Below are positions 46,292-60,461 of a stretch of DNA of 64,000 bases, one piece after another. A program made the translations under genes and the position numbers. The notes below the pieces were generated by a model. The model did no database searches, had not been told where the DNA came from, and saw only the letters and a program-made list of their open reading frames with translations. The number at the start of each line of letters is the position of its first letter. Position 1 is the first letter of the stretch. Source of the stretch: Marsupella aquatica (lineage: Eukaryota > Plantae > Marchantiophyta); NCBI GenBank assembly GCA_973895155.1, contig OZ316898.1, positions 10,568,286 to 10,632,285 of the forward strand, read 5' to 3'.

Positions 46292-47354
46292 TAAGAAAGA
46301 ATGCACCTGGCTCCTCTAAAGTTCCCTTGATATCAAATCTTTTCATCTCTGATGATGCAGAGAATGTCACATTGATTACGAATGGGCACACATTTCCAAG
46401 GCACTATATCTTGGTCGATCAAATCCAGTTGAAATGCTCGTATTTGTTGCAGACAATTCACCAGCCCCAAGACGAAAAGTTGAATCACTTTGTCACTTTA
46501 CAAGAACCTTGCAAAGACGATTTCTAAATGCCAAGATAACCAAGAAAGAGAGTAAAATCAAGAGTTGAGAATATGGATAAATTCTTGCAAAAGTGTTGGA
46601 AGATCCCCAAATGGTAGACCAAAGATTCCAGGACTTTTACGCACAGATTTTACATTTTTTTGGCTTGAATGCATGACTACTTTCGGGTGTAGTGATTACT
46701 GCATTTTAATGTCTTTCACTACATTAGCAATAATCTTCTGAGTGTTCTTCCTCGTAACTTCTTTAATGTCTGCTGAATCTGATATGAGTTTAGGACCAGC
46801 CAACACTCCAAAAACCCTTGTGAAGCAGGCATGCAGATGGCGAACGTGTGGTGCTCTAGTCCCAGATTTATATGGGGCTTTCATTGAGTTCTTGGGTTTG
46901 TCTCTGGGTTCTTTGCTTTAAATTCACATTGCCTTTGCATCCACTTCACATCATTCAGTTCTCCGGGTTTGGCTAGATGGGTGCACATGGATTCTTTGTC
47001 TTCAGCTAGAGCCATTCTTTGAATCATTCAAGTAAGTGAGTCTGTCCATGAGCCTTACCTCTGTTCAAGGTATTCTTCATAAAATACTTTTGGTGTGTTG
47101 CTTGCCTTATACATATTTTAATGTTATGTCACATGCTGTTCTCTCTAAACAAATATTGACTTAAGTATTCAAGAAAGAGTGGACTTCGATATCCATGTCC
47201 GTATAATTACATTAAGCGAAACAATATAGAGAATTGGTTTGCTTGCAAACGGGAGACAATCGCAAGGTGGACCATGAAGTAGAAATGCAGTTACAAAGCA
47301 GGACAAGGCACTCCTTTGCAGTTAGTGGCGGTGGTAACTAATTATCTAGGTGCA

Positions 47355-47519
47355 GAATTAGTGTTACTAACAATAAGCAGCAACTAGGGTTTTTCCAATA
47401 ATTTGATGCCTGCTAGCGTGGAAAATTTTCATGCCGAGCTGGGGCACCCTCATTCTTTTCATTAGGCAAACCAAATTTTAAAATTGCATTGCTGCAGAAT
47501 GTTTGAGTAACACTAATTC
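47355..47519. mobile_element. Small MITE-like element with perfect 14-bp inverted ends
   Basis: gaattagtgttact / agtaacactaattc. Confidence 0.45.
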
Positions 47520-50500
47520 ATTTCTGCGTCAAGAAAATTATCCAACCAAATTAGTGCAGATAACACTAATTCCATTGAATGGTGTAGCTGACCGCTGTGA
47601 TAGTAACAGTTTAACCCTGGTACCAAAGGATGCGCGTGTGAGGAAGCTTTATTTATTAGCTGGGTTGGGTAAATAGTGTCATCTACAGTAAATACAGTGT
47701 GCACAGTTTGGTCCCCTAATCTAGATGATCATGATGATTATTATTCTTGCAAAGTAAAAGTGTACCCAAAAAGCGATTGGACGCACGGATTAGCTGATAA
47801 AGTTGAGGTCAAGCTTTTGTTGCAGAGTGCAGAGGGTACCCCATTAAGTTAAGGGGTAGGTAGGCCAAGTGGAAAAGGGCAACAAATAAATTAAAAAATA
47901 TCTGTAACAAGAGATGATTATTGGCTAAAAGGGAAAACGCTCATTGCAAAGTACAGTAACAGTAAAGCGGGTGGCATGGAGTGTACATACGTTTTACCTG
48001 CCTCCACAGGCATGCATGTGACGCCCATTCATGTGACCAGACCAACAGTTTTTTTAGTGGCAAAAATTAATCAAATCTCACCAATCTCACCAATCTCACC
48101 AATCTCACATGACTGAAAAGTCTATCCACTTTTGGCCGAATTTGGCTACGCTTTAAAGTTTTCTGTAAAGTTGGGCATCATGGACGAGCAGCCTAAAGTT
48201 TAGTCTCGAACTGAAGGTGACAGGCGGCTTAGTCTCTTGGTAGCAGTGTGATCTTTAAGATTTTGTTTTATTAGCCAGAGTGGTCAATGTCAAGTGTGTG
48301 AAGGAGAAATGTTAGAGATATTCTTTATCTGCAATTCCCAAATTATTATCTGGCCATTAGATTTTGGCTAAGGGGCCTGCGAGGGTGGGAAAATTGCCAA
48401 ATGGGATAAAAAAAAAGCTAGTGAATTTTTGCCAACAGTGGTAAATACTTTTTGGAGAGGTGGAATCTAGCAAAAATTCACCACTAAAAACGTGGTGCTT
48501 GGTAATGTACACGGGTTGAGACTCTAGATGAAACTTGTTTTTGTTGCTCCAAAAGTCACAAAATGTGTCTCACTTTCACTTGTGCTCAACCTCTCTGCAG
48601 GAGAGGTATTGTGCTCACGGTGCTGCAAGGGATGTGGTGGGAGCAACGCATCTCATTGTGAGAATTACAGAATTCTCCATATATTAGGGACACTTTGCAA
48701 TAAATGGCTTTACCCCAAAAGTGTTTTTGTCAGTATTATTTGCCCTTTAGAGTTTCCGGAAACTCTTTTTCAATATTGAACTCATCTAGCCACTGACCCC
48801 ATTAGACATAATCTGTCGGCCATCCTTAAACCTAGAGAAATCTATCGGTCAAAAGTTAATCTAAGAAGAGAGAATGAACACTCTCAGATCTTCTCCTTCA
48901 CATTAGCCACCTGGGAAAAAAAGTACAGGATAAAAGCCCTTGAAAACCTGGCATCCAAAAATGAAGCCCAGATGGATCTCTAGGTTGTTCAAAATGCTCC
49001 CATGGATTTATGCAACCTGGATGGACCTCAAGGTTTCATCAAATCTAACTCTGGTTTTTGGTAGACTTGTGCATTTAGTTTTGCTACTTGTGCATTTATT
49101 TGATGCAACTTTTGGATCTCAATTTAACTCAAAATTATCCAGCATGTTTCCTCATGTCCAATCTAGTACTTTGCAAAGTTTGAGATTTTTTTCTCCATCA
49201 CCAATGAGTGCAAAATGATCAAATATTACAAAGCAATTGTCAATGGAATTTTCACTTTTGTGGAAGACACCGTGAGTAGTTTGGGCACGAGCAACAACTT
49301 ACCATTTTGGGGAGGGTAGTTTCACTTTTGTGTAGGATGCCTTGAGTAGCTTGTGCATGAGCAGCCCCTTACCACATTGTAAACTATTAGAAACCGGTTG
49401 CAAACAATGAGGATCCCATTTACAAGCCACATTTCAGTCAAAGCTATAAAGAGTGCTATCCAAGCACTTTTTCTGATGCTCTGGGTCAGTCCATCCCAAC
49501 TTTGGAAATCCCCAGATCCAGATCCATCCCGACTAACTAAAACTATAAAACATCTACAATGATTTCTAGTTTGAAGAATATTCCTTTTTCAGAATTATTA
49601 ATCTTGATAAGATCTCAATCCAAGTCTTTGAGCTTGGATGAGATTGTAAGTACTCTACTTAATATGAAAGGAGAATGTTTAGCTCTAAATCATCCCATTC
49701 TAGTCAAAAGAACATGTTTCCAAGTCTCATTCAAGCTCAAGAACTATTTGAGCAAAAACTTTGAAATGAGGATTCCATTCAAGTTTATAACATATTCATC
49801 AATCCTTCAGTTCCATTTTTTGACCTGAAAATATTCCTTCATGAGGAGTTATTTTTTGGGTCTGAGCTGTTGAGCCAAGATGTAACTCGCAATGACATGT
49901 ACATGACCAGCCATCAAACAACTAGTCAACACAGAGGGATATGTGGCTCACTTCCGATGAGGTTACGTCCATTGGGACACAAGATCTTTATTGCACTCTA
50001 GGCTTGTCAGTCATACAAAGTCACTCTGTGCAGCACATGCTCTCCCTATCTCTCAAGGGGATCCGGAATAATGAGCCTGAGTTACTACTCACAAGTAGGA
50101 GTATAATTATAGTAGAGGCATGGTTAACCTAACCAAGTTTGTGACTATGGTTACCCTAACTACAACTACAGTTGTAACTTGAGACCTATGAGTAAATGCC
50201 TAATATGAGCTATATTTTACACAATCTGGATTGGAATGTTATTAATTTTTTTTGAATTAAAACACAACTACTGTGTATAATGGGCCGGCTCTGCCCCACC
50301 CACTTTCAAGTGAACAATGCCCTCCCTCTATGCTCCATACTCAACTTCACTTTATCATTATAGCGATTCCTTCTTGCAGTTTTTTCACAAGAACTTGAAC
50401 CCATTTTTTCAGTCTTAGAGCTTATGAGACTGTCTGACTTTTTGAGCCACACACCCCTAACATGAACATGTGGGATGCCAATGAGACCATAAAAGTACTC

Positions 50501-50666
50501 CAAACATTCCATATACTCAATTGTATGTATTAATGAGAGCTAGGTGTAATGGGTAGTTAGATTACAAGCAGATGTTGTGTAAAAGGCATTAACATAGAAA
50601 AACGTTATTTTTGTGGCAGAATCCCGGGCAGAATGAATGTCATTTACTTGACTAGCTTGAGAGGCC

Positions 50667-50920
50667 ACACTCACAGTGTTTTTTTCACTCGCTTAAATTT
50701 GTCAAATTCCACTGTCCTGAAAATCTGTACTTTTGGCTAACATTAGCCAGGTTTTTAATGTCCTACTTACAGACCCTAGTAGCCAGAATCTGACGGTTAT
50801 CTTTGAGTTTAAGGAGATTGAATGATCCTAAGTTAATCTAAGAATATTCTGAGCATTGTCTCATTCACACATTCACCACCATGGTGAAAAGAGCAAGACC
50901 TTAAAATTACCCTGATGAGT
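50667..50920. repeat. Dispersed MITE-like repeat; related copies at ~8105-8260, ~42078-42240 and ~48795-48880
   Basis: Shared ccc.tta(g)ccagaatctga, aatctaagaa, gagcattgtctc and ccttaaaattaccc motifs. Confidence 0.55.
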
Positions 50921-52845
50921 GCTCTAACAGGTGTCTCAAAACCTCATTGTCCACAAAACATTATAAAAACTATGGGTGGAAGGTATGGGCTGACACTCTG
51001 GTGCCGGTCACACTTATGGGGAAGGGCTGCCAAACAAGTCCATTGTTTGACTAGGGTGAGATGATCTCATTTTGCGTTAACAGCCCCAGTTAGCAGGTTG
51101 GCCCAGGACCCTGAGAGAAAAGGTGCGGGCCATGGTTAGACATACCCACCCATTTTAGATCCAGGTCCAAATCACATCCTCAGTGGACCACATAAAGTCA
51201 CCTGATTGTAACTGCAGCTTTTCACCCTCCTTTGTAGAGCAGGGGCGGTTGGTTTTAGGGCCTCTGGGTAGGTTGCACTTTGTGACCTTCCTATGTGGTT
51301 TCCTTCAGAACTCTATCAGACATTTCAGTACTCTGCTCAGTAGGCTAGTCTACTCGGCTTTTGTTGGGGACCCCTTGGCCCTTTGGTCTTCGTTTTGCCC
51401 TTTCAGCTCCTTCTCCCCCACCCAGTTCCTTCTCCTCCACCCAGTTCATTGGGCTAGTTTGCCATTGGGATCATGTGGCCTGGTTTGGCTTTTTTTGCCC
51501 TTTGGGCAGTGTGATATATGACTGCACATCAAAAAGTGACAACGCATGATGTACTTTGTTATGTGACAAGTGCCCACACGGTGAACAAAGTTTCCCTATT
51601 ATGCTAATTAAACTTGATTATTCTTCTCTATCGGTGAGTGTCTGTATCCGGCTTGCTGCTACCATTTGATGTACAGTTATCACGACCCTATAAAATCTTG
51701 GGGCACCCTATGTTTGACACACCCTAAATTCTTAAAAAAAATTGTGTGGGCCAAACAAAAGAATATTTGTTCCTTCACGTTGATAGGTTGAGAGGCCACA
51801 ACCAGGATTTGAACCCTGCCCGACCGACGGTGAGGGTAGTAGCGCCACATGACGACAAGACAGCTCTCGCCAGACGTCATGATTGCCGAGTGTGCTCTTT
51901 TGGCAATGACAATCTGCGTCGGGCAGTTTGTCGATCCCAAAATAGATTTCGGGCTCGGCTTGGAAATGATAGGTGGCTGACATTTGTTTTTTTCCCCATA
52001 ATGTGCCCAGCAGCCGAGATCACTGATGTAGCTGCTCATCATCATATCATTTGGCGTCACCCACAGTGCACAAATATTTTTATTCATAGTTTTCAATCCT
52101 TGTGTAGTTTTTGGTTTCCTCGTCTACAGCGTACCTTAGGGAGTAGGGACAATACCATAGGGAATAGTGACTATCAAGTTTATGCGATGCGCAAAAATAT
52201 AGTATAGTAAATTAAAAATAATAATTGGAGCCCAATACCATAAATAATTGAAAGGAATATTTGGATGGACCACTCCAGTGAACCTTGGGATTCGTATGGA
52301 TCAGATTTACTCTTAGTTGGAAAAGAATGAATTGTGTTGCAAAGGAAAAGTGTTACCTGGGGAGAGAAAAATGTTTTTTTTCAATCCACCTGGGTTCTGC
52401 TGGTCCTTCCAGGCCTTTTTTTTCTCAAAATTTTGGTCCATGGGGGCATAGTTTCCAAATAGATTTTAAACCAATGCAAACACTGGTAAGTCAATGTTTG
52501 ATATAAACAAAAATTTCTCCAAAGTTTCACGAAGAGTATCTTCTATAATTGGATCTTCCTGTTTGATGCATTTTGTGCATCGGCAAAGTGATATATTTTG
52601 GTCCTATTAAAAATATCAGAATGCATCAGTGATTCTAAACTTTCATGAAGGATACAGTGCATGGAGAGTAGGACCTATAAACCAGAGTTATTCCCATTCT
52701 AATCTTACCTGAGGACAGGTTTTAAAAACTTTTCTCCAAGGATACTATTTTCGAGAAATAGGAGCCTGAATGCCCATTATTTGAATGTTTAAAAAAATAG
52801 ATACAAAATCAGAATGCACGATCTCATTTTAACTCATAATATCCC

Positions 52846-52916
52846 ACCCTTTTTCCATTTACATAAATTTTTGGTGGGGTCCCTTTTTCCATTTACATAA
52901 ATTTTTGGTGGGGTCC
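52846..52916. repeat. Tandem duplication, 2 x 34 bp
   Basis: ccctttttccatttacataaatttttggtggggt occurs twice. Confidence 0.9.
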
Positions 52917-55764
52917 AAGAGTCATGGTCTAGAGGTTTCACTCTAGAAACCTAGACCCTAACTCTAGCTTCCCATCTTATTAGTTATATAGATATTTGAT
53001 GGATATCTAAATTGAAAAGGTTTATCTGATGGACATCATGAGTCATGAGGCCCCATGAGATTTTGGGTACATAGATTTAAGGTCTATCAATGGTCTGTAT
53101 CACTCATGGGTACACACTTTTCATTGTCAGGGTCCATCAAGTTATTTTTTAAACTTTTGGAGGACGTGCTTTTTTTTGGCACAATCGTGTTTTTATCTGC
53201 AATAGATTCCTGTGGCACTTGGCGGCTCCCCCTCCCCCCCCCCCGCAAAGCGCCCACACACACCCTCACAAGGGAGGTTGTGAGATCTCTTGTCATGGAG
53301 ACAACATGAACCGTAGATCACACACAGGGCTGACCCAATTAGTGAATTATTATTTCGGGCATCATTAGATAGATTCCTCTGTTGTAAAAGAAGACGAGCC
53401 AGGAAGTGGACGAATAATTATTAAGAAAGTATTGAAGCGTGGGTGGATTGGATGCACTGCACCTTTTGCATCAGTGGAATAATATACAGATAGCTTCTCT
53501 CGTTGGATGTTCCTTGGTGCCATAGTAATAGTCCAGGATCTTTGTCTTTTCCCTCCCTTTGTCTCACTTTATGCCCGTCTTTCCCTCAAGTGTGTTCTTT
53601 CGCACAGTTCTTTGACTACTGGTGTAGGAAAAATATTCTTGGGCTCATCAAAAAGGCGCTTTCTAAGCCTTGCGTCACCCTCCACCCTGCCATGTGGAAG
53701 CCTTAAGTTCATGGCTTGGCAAGTGGCATGCTTCCTTATTCACTTTGCTCACTATTCCCCTGCAAAAAATGGAGGGAGGGTTTTCACTTTTTTGGGCAAG
53801 TTTGATGGAAAAATTGAGAGCCGTCTTGTATCTGAGCCGCCCTAAGTTTTCCCTAATTTGCTGTTGTTAGGTGTCACTAGGTCCAACTTAAGTAGCCCTG
53901 CCTCATTTGTTTTATTTAGATTTCACAGGACAGGAACTGAGGAACTCAAGGGCTAGAAAGTTTCCAGCTCTTCCCCTTGGTTCTCCATTATATATGTCAG
54001 GCCTGCCTGACCAGGAGGATGAGACATAAAGTTTCAAGTTGTATGAATGTCATATGTCAATTTTAGGGCTGGAAAAACAAAATCTGCCCACATGCAAGTT
54101 GGCTCTAAGAGCTCTCTTGCATGTGGCTGGCCCTCAAAACATTGGCCCTTCAAACTCCCCTTCTGGAATAAAGTCTGGAGCGCAGGACCACAGGACCGTC
54201 TTGTGTTTGTTTTGTAAAGGTCGGGACTGAAAGGGACAAACACTTGCAGACTTTGGCCTTGGTTTTCCATCTAAGGAGCTGTTGAACATATTCCATAGAG
54301 TGAAGTCATAGGGTTCAAAGACCATAATTTATCTCGTAACATTAAAAAAATTAAAATTAGACTATGTTCGTGTTGTGAGTAGAGCAAACCTTTCCTGTGC
54401 ACGTACTGGCTACTATTATTAAGAATTATTCATCCCAGTTGGCTGCTTTCCATATGCAGTCCATGGGAGTATAAAATTGTTTGCTCCCCCTTCCCCCTTC
54501 ATTAAACAAAAAATTAGAATGGAAGGAGGGTAAAAAATTTAGTTTCCTGCCATCAATCTGGATTAGCTGGGCCAGAGTCCAGAGCTGGAATAGGGGGGTT
54601 AGTTGAGATTGTTGATGAATCAGATGTTTTGAGGAGTTAGGCGTACGAAAATTTTAACATGGCACTGTTTATAACGCCTAATAAACTAATAAAATGGTGG
54701 ACCAAAAGACTGAGTGATCAATGTGTCGGTGACGTGGATGCTGCCCAATTGTTGTCAAATGAGTGCGTTTTTATAGTTGATTGAAAAGCTGAAGTTCCTT
54801 TCAGTATAACGCATACTTTTTGGTTGTGGTCCCCAGGGCTTCTAAATCGTTGCCTTGAGACTCGACACTTTGTGGCCTAACTCAAAAGAGAGAAGGTGCA
54901 CATCTTCCCCCCCGCCCCCCCCCCCTCCCTTTGTGAAGTCAGAAAGCCATTTTATCGGAAACAGACAGATAGTTGTACAACTCTTTTGCTCAGCCTCCAA
55001 TCAAAGTCTATCCCGGAAAACTCTGGAGGAATTTTCTTTTCCCATCAATGGTGCAGATGTTTGGTGTTGGAAGCTCAATGGACTCGTGGTTTCATGTAAG
55101 TTGCATGCAAGATTGAAAAAGGAAGCATGGATGTTTAGTATTGCATCCACGAGTGGTATTTAGACGTGCACACTCTCCCATCCTTGGTATTCCTCAAAAG
55201 TGCGAGGCCCCCATACATACCATGTGGTAAAAGCAAGGTCAAGAGAAGGTGGGGCTAAGGCTTGTTGATCAAGGGAACTTTAAACCCCTCCCTCTAAAGG
55301 TTGAACAATGCTATCTGGTCGAAATTGCTCTGTTTATTTATCTCCAAATCACACAACCTCATCCTTATAAGTCTTGTGTGGGACCGTGCAATGCGCTTCC
55401 CTTGCAAAATATCTGAAAACACTTGTGTTGGATGTAATTTGGTATACCTGGATTGGTCTATTCTGGTCTCCATTCTTGTAATTAAAGGGTACCCAAATGT
55501 TATCTTCTAATGGAGTATATGCTAAAGAAGGTCGAATGCTGTTCCATCTTCTGGTCAGGAATTGTGTTCTTTTGTGTTTCAGATAATCTGTTTATATTTT
55601 AATGCAGGATAGTAGTGTGGCCTTCCCAGTTTCCTGAATGGATTTGGTCACGTTCAAGGCAGGAAAACTTTAGCAAAAAAATCATGTATGCTCTTGGAGG
55701 TCACCTTACCTTACAAAAGTATACTACTGGGGGATGCCAAACTGAACTTGGAGTAAGGTTCCAT

Positions 55765-55928
55765 TCTACATGAATTTGGACTCTTGCAACTTACATTAGA
55801 ATGACAAGATAATGTCTTCCATTCCTCATGAACTTTGATTTTTGCAAACATTAGAATGACAAGATAATCTCTTTCACTCTTCATGAATTTGGATTTTTGC
55901 AACATTAGAATGACAACATAATGTCTTC
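55765..55928. repeat. Tandem repeat, 3 x ~55 bp
   Basis: catgaa.tt.ga.ttttgcaa..cattagaatgacaa.ataat occurs three times. Confidence 0.85.
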
Positions 55929-56984
55929 AATGGTGGGGGAAGTGCCATGACATAGACTTTCTATCTCTCTTCATAGTGAAAGGGCTCACCCTATGGCAGA
56001 CTGTTCTCAATGAAAAGCGAGGCCCCCCACGCTCATACTTCCTTTGGCAGCTGATTGTTCCTTGGCTAGAACTTGGGAGGAAGCACAACACAAATCCTCT
56101 CCAGACTAGTCTGCTCCTCCAAACTTCGGCTGCGTTGGCACAGACTGTCCAGAGTACGCCTATTGAGAATAGTTCAAGAGACGAATCTGTTTGGTTGCTG
56201 TGCATTTCCGAGTTGGTCATTGAGAAAATTGGCAAGAAGCACATTGGCCCCATGTAGAACATAGCCCATTGTGGATACTCCTGTTCTCTAGTGCATCACT
56301 GGACACATGCCAGCTATCCTCTCCCGAGGAATCCGTCCTTCGCAGTCTTCTCATTTAGAAAGAAGTATGTCCAGGAATTACACAGTATGCCCATAAAAAC
56401 GCAGTGGGCAATCGATGAATGCCTCATCCACTCAGTTTCGGGGACCGTGAAGAGTTCGTCGTAGGCTTCGTTGATGCAATAGACGGCATGTGTACCTCCA
56501 GGGCTCTGTCTATTAATGACATGTTTGTTACAGAGAAATCTAGTGCTCCATTAATGAAGATTGGGCGAAGCACGACGTGTCTACAAAAGTTGGAACTGAG
56601 CTTCTCGAGATTTAGGAGGCAGGTCGTACATGTCACAGAAGGTAAGAGACATTGGTAGATTCAGAAGAATTCAGCACCTGTGCAGTGTACTGCCTTACCC
56701 CTGTTTGCATCCTGACCGCCCATCTCAGAGGGTCTTTCTTGATTGTGCAATTAATTAAATCACCACTCAACAGAATCAGAATCGTCAACTTCTTCCAGAG
56801 GAATGCTTGACGATATTTGCCAAATACAATTCAATGGATGCATAGCCTCCAGGGCACAGACAAAAATGAAAAATGGATGGACCCAATTTCGAGGGTTTGG
56901 CCACAGCGAGAGCATCGAACTTAAAGTATTCAAGGGGAAGGTGCATCACCGTAAGGAAATTTTCCTCCAGAAGTATCAAACTTG

Positions 56985-59879
56985 TCAAAAATTGACGCCT
57001 TTTTTGGCCCTTCGTTCAGCTTCCCTTTCAATCAATTTGAGATTAAATTCACCAGATATTATGTCCTTAATATCTGTGCCTGAAGTCAAGCTCGCCTCAT
57101 ATGCATCAATGATCGAATCAGGATAAATCATAACCCCAACAGCGCCCAATGCACGCACAACATTGGCAAGTCTACATATTCTCTGCCTTATTTCTAAAGA
57201 CACTTCAAAGCTCTGGTTCTCTAATTTTTCTGCATCTAAGTCCGCAACTCTTATCTGTTCACTGGCAGCAGCATCAGGATTGGACGGAGGAAGACCAGAT
57301 ACCCAGACGTATCCATTACAGCCTATAATCATTTGTACCCCATATTGCTTTAGCTGGTGAAAATGTTGCTTTAACCTCTTGATCAGATACGGGGCAACTT
57401 TCACCAGCTGTCCATTCTCCAACTGCGGCGCAATGAGATACAAACAGAGACGAAAGCTGAGGAACTAATGACGAGCTTCAGTGATGTGTTATCGCCCACA
57501 ATAACAATAACAATGGCAACGACAAAGAACTAACAGAGGGGAAAAATGTGAAATCGTTCCTGCGATTATCACTTTGACTCTACGAATAAGCAAGATTTAA
57601 TTTTAAAAAATAAATCGGCCCAATGATTTGGTCTTTCATCACCTAGAAAAATATAAAAGAGCAACATAAATGACGGACACCAGGACAGACGGGTTGTTTG
57701 CAGCAATGGCTTCATATCCATGTAAGAAGAAAATCCTTTTCGCTTCCCTATACTAGTCGAACACCACATCTAAGGCAAGGTCAAGCGTGTGGGGTACTTC
57801 CGGATTTACCTTGCCATACTTCAGGCTTCGGGTATGTAGATGAAGAGAACCGTCATGATGAAGCGTCTGCACTTCGGCCTAAAAGAGCCACAGAAAGGGC
57901 AACATCGGCAACTATTCAGGGCCCCCACGAATCAAAACTTCTCAAAGACACTCAAAACAAAGCGACAGGTGAATCAATGACAAAGAACCGTAATATTTCA
58001 AACCACCGGTGTCGAAGGATAATGCAGGATTTCACAAAATATAAACGACGAGCATCTGAGATAACTATTGACCACATACGAAAGGTAATCTCAAATTCAA
58101 ACAAGTGCCAGAAACCGGATATCATTGCGGGAGAAATAGCTCCGCTGAGGATAAAATCCATGAAAACAATGAGAAATTTAAAGGCTCACCCTTGAAGGGA
58201 CAGATTACATTGAGGGTCAAAAGAGGTATGAGAACTTACGCTGCTAATAACTCCGAAGACTATACAAAATAGGACAGTCAACAACGAAAATTACAGAATT
58301 GTACCGACGTAAATATTCATTGAGAATCCTAGTACGAACTTCTCATCAAAGGCATCTAGGCTCCACCCTTCACTCGTCATATCTCTAGCAGTATAAACAG
58401 ACTCGTTAACGCTGAGGTCATCATGCGGGTCATATAACAAAGATATTAGAAGTAAGGCACCACAAACTCGTGTGAATGTCCAGGAAAAACTCACACTAAT
58501 CAGATCATGTTCTGTGAAAAGATCCCGCATGTTCAACTCATCGACCGAAGTCCGCCGCCTCTGCCAAGTGCCGACCAAAGTTCAGGACCAAAAAATGAAA
58601 GTCCTCTTGAAGTACCATGGTTGAAATATGATGAGCTCGACAAACTAGAAAGTAAAGAGACCAACCTGGATGCCACCTGGAAGATTGACAGAGGAAAGCA
58701 TCAATTGTGCATCTTGTCTCGAGTTCACATCCAACTTCCACCTCTTGGGTGCAACCTACAAGTAAAGACAAAGCGCAAAGCGCAATTTAGTCATTGGACT
58801 GCCTTATAGGTCATGCAAATTACTCGTGAGGCTAAGGTTTCAGATGATGCTGTAAACCCATTTTAATGTTCTACGCTGTCTGTGAACCCTGCATTCGCGA
58901 TCAAAAGCATACCTCTGTCACACGACCTACGACCACGTCTCCAGTTTCAGGAGTGTACCTACACAAGGTACGCGTACATCAACCCATCAACGACAAGAAG
59001 TGAAGCAAACATCATTCGCTCATCACGAGAGAGAACAAAAGAAGTCTATCATCCCATTCACAGAGGAGGACATGATGACTAAAAGGTGAGTCGCCACAGG
59101 AGCACTCCTCAATCTGTCAACACTCAAGTTTCAGGTGAATTTGCAGGAAGTAAATATGAAAAATGCCTGCGGCGAGATTCTTAGATTCTTAAACAGAAAG
59201 GAAAAGTTAGACCCAGCGGAGTCCAGTTCAGAGCGCCAATGATTACTTGCTGGGAGAAATCCCAGAAAAGCACGGCGACTTAGGCATACTGCCACCACCA
59301 CGGACTTAGGGTTTAATAAAACACTACACATTATGAGCATTCCATCTGTCAGGACTTAATATTCCAGGTAAACTTCAGGGGGAATAAAGTTGAGAATTGT
59401 GATCGACCTTTGTACCTCTAAAAGGATATATATACTTCGGAACCCATTAATTGATTCCATGGTAAATCTGCGATTAGGGCTCAAAGTTTAAGCAAGGGTA
59501 TAAGGTTTAAGCGAACCTGGCTCGAAGAGGGCGCACAGACACGAGCTTGTTGACCCGTTCGATCACCCCACAGACAGTTGCAACGAGCTTCCCGTCTACT
59601 AGCTGAGTCCCATGACCCCTGCACGCATCATTACCAAAATTCAAAAAACTCCTCGATGACGGCACCTTCAGCTCCCGCTCGCGAATGCAAGAAACACTCG
59701 AGAGTTTAAAGAAATCTGATTGACCTCAAAAAGCCGCTCTCGTAGTCCACAGGAATCGTGTCGCCTACATTCACCAACGCCGACGAGGGAACACTTCCCG
59801 CCAGGTCTGCAAACCGCTGCTGCGCGTCTGAGAGGCGTCGCCTCTGCGAATCGGACAGTTGGAAGCGCACTCCACGCAT
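56985..59879 (-). CDS. RRP4: Exosome complex component RRP4 (EXOSC2), 321 aa; exons complement(59725-59879, 59517-59618, 58913-58958, 58666-58755, 58495-58560, 57810-57878, 56985-57422)
   Basis: The spliced product reads MRGVRFQLS...GFLRGHGT...[46 protein letters not shown]...LSSVNLPGGIQRRRTSVDELNMR...TRSLKYGKLENGQLVKVAPYLIKR...IIGCNGYVWV...RQRICRLAN. All introns are GT-AG, phases are consistent and the total is 966 nt. An alternative in-frame ATG lies at 59891. Confidence 0.96.
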
Positions 59880-60219
59880 TGCATCCCCCATCACCTCTTA
59901 TTTCCTCCTTCTTCGTCTTCTTCTTCTTCGTTTCTTCTTGTCGGCCACCTGAGGGGCAATGCCCTGCGCCGCCTCTGAAGCTGCCGAAGCTCAATTTCCT
60001 ATGTTGCGATGTCGGTAAAGTTTGGGCCTCCTCCATGCATTGCGACGCTTGGAGGTCCGGCCTCTTGCTGATCGATCTTGTACCATTCGGTGGTCACCCT
60101 TCGCAGCTCTGATCCAGGTTTTCGCTGCGCACGAAGGGCTAGGGGAATTTTGGACATTTCACAGTTCAGGAAAGACCCTGGTCGCGATTTGGTGAACCCT
60201 TGTGTTACAATTACAGGAA

Positions 60220-60330
60220 CACATGTTGAGAGAGCCTTTGGTGTACTTCAGTAGCGATTTGCAATTTTGAGAAACCATTGGGGATGTATTATCAACACAA
60301 AATCATAGATGTCTTGTTGGCCTATTTTAA
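60220..60330 (+). mobile_element. PIF/Harbinger transposase fragment (pseudogene)
   Basis: HVERAFGVLQ*RFAILRN is the DDE catalytic-E motif, with an in-frame stop. Confidence 0.8.
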
Positions 60331-60337
60331 AACTAGC

Positions 60338-60461
60338 TGCTACTACCCCTTATTTGAACCTGAATATAGAGTACAATAAAAATGTTACTAAAATGTATGC
60401 TACTACCCCTTATTTGAACCTGAATAGTGGGGCGGTACAATAAAAATGTCACTAAAATGTA
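60338..60461. repeat. Tandem duplication, 2 x ~60 bp
   Basis: tgctactaccccttatttgaacctgaata...gtacaataaaaatgt.actaaaatgtat occurs twice. Confidence 0.88.

Noticed and set aside
50911-50945. Hammerhead-like CTGATGAG...CTCAAAAC
   Set aside because: The core GAAA is missing, stem II is poor, and the sequence is better explained as a MITE terminus.
57698-58195. 165-aa plus-strand ORF
   Set aside because: It is antisense to RRP4 introns and exon 6, has a non-ATG start and no motif.
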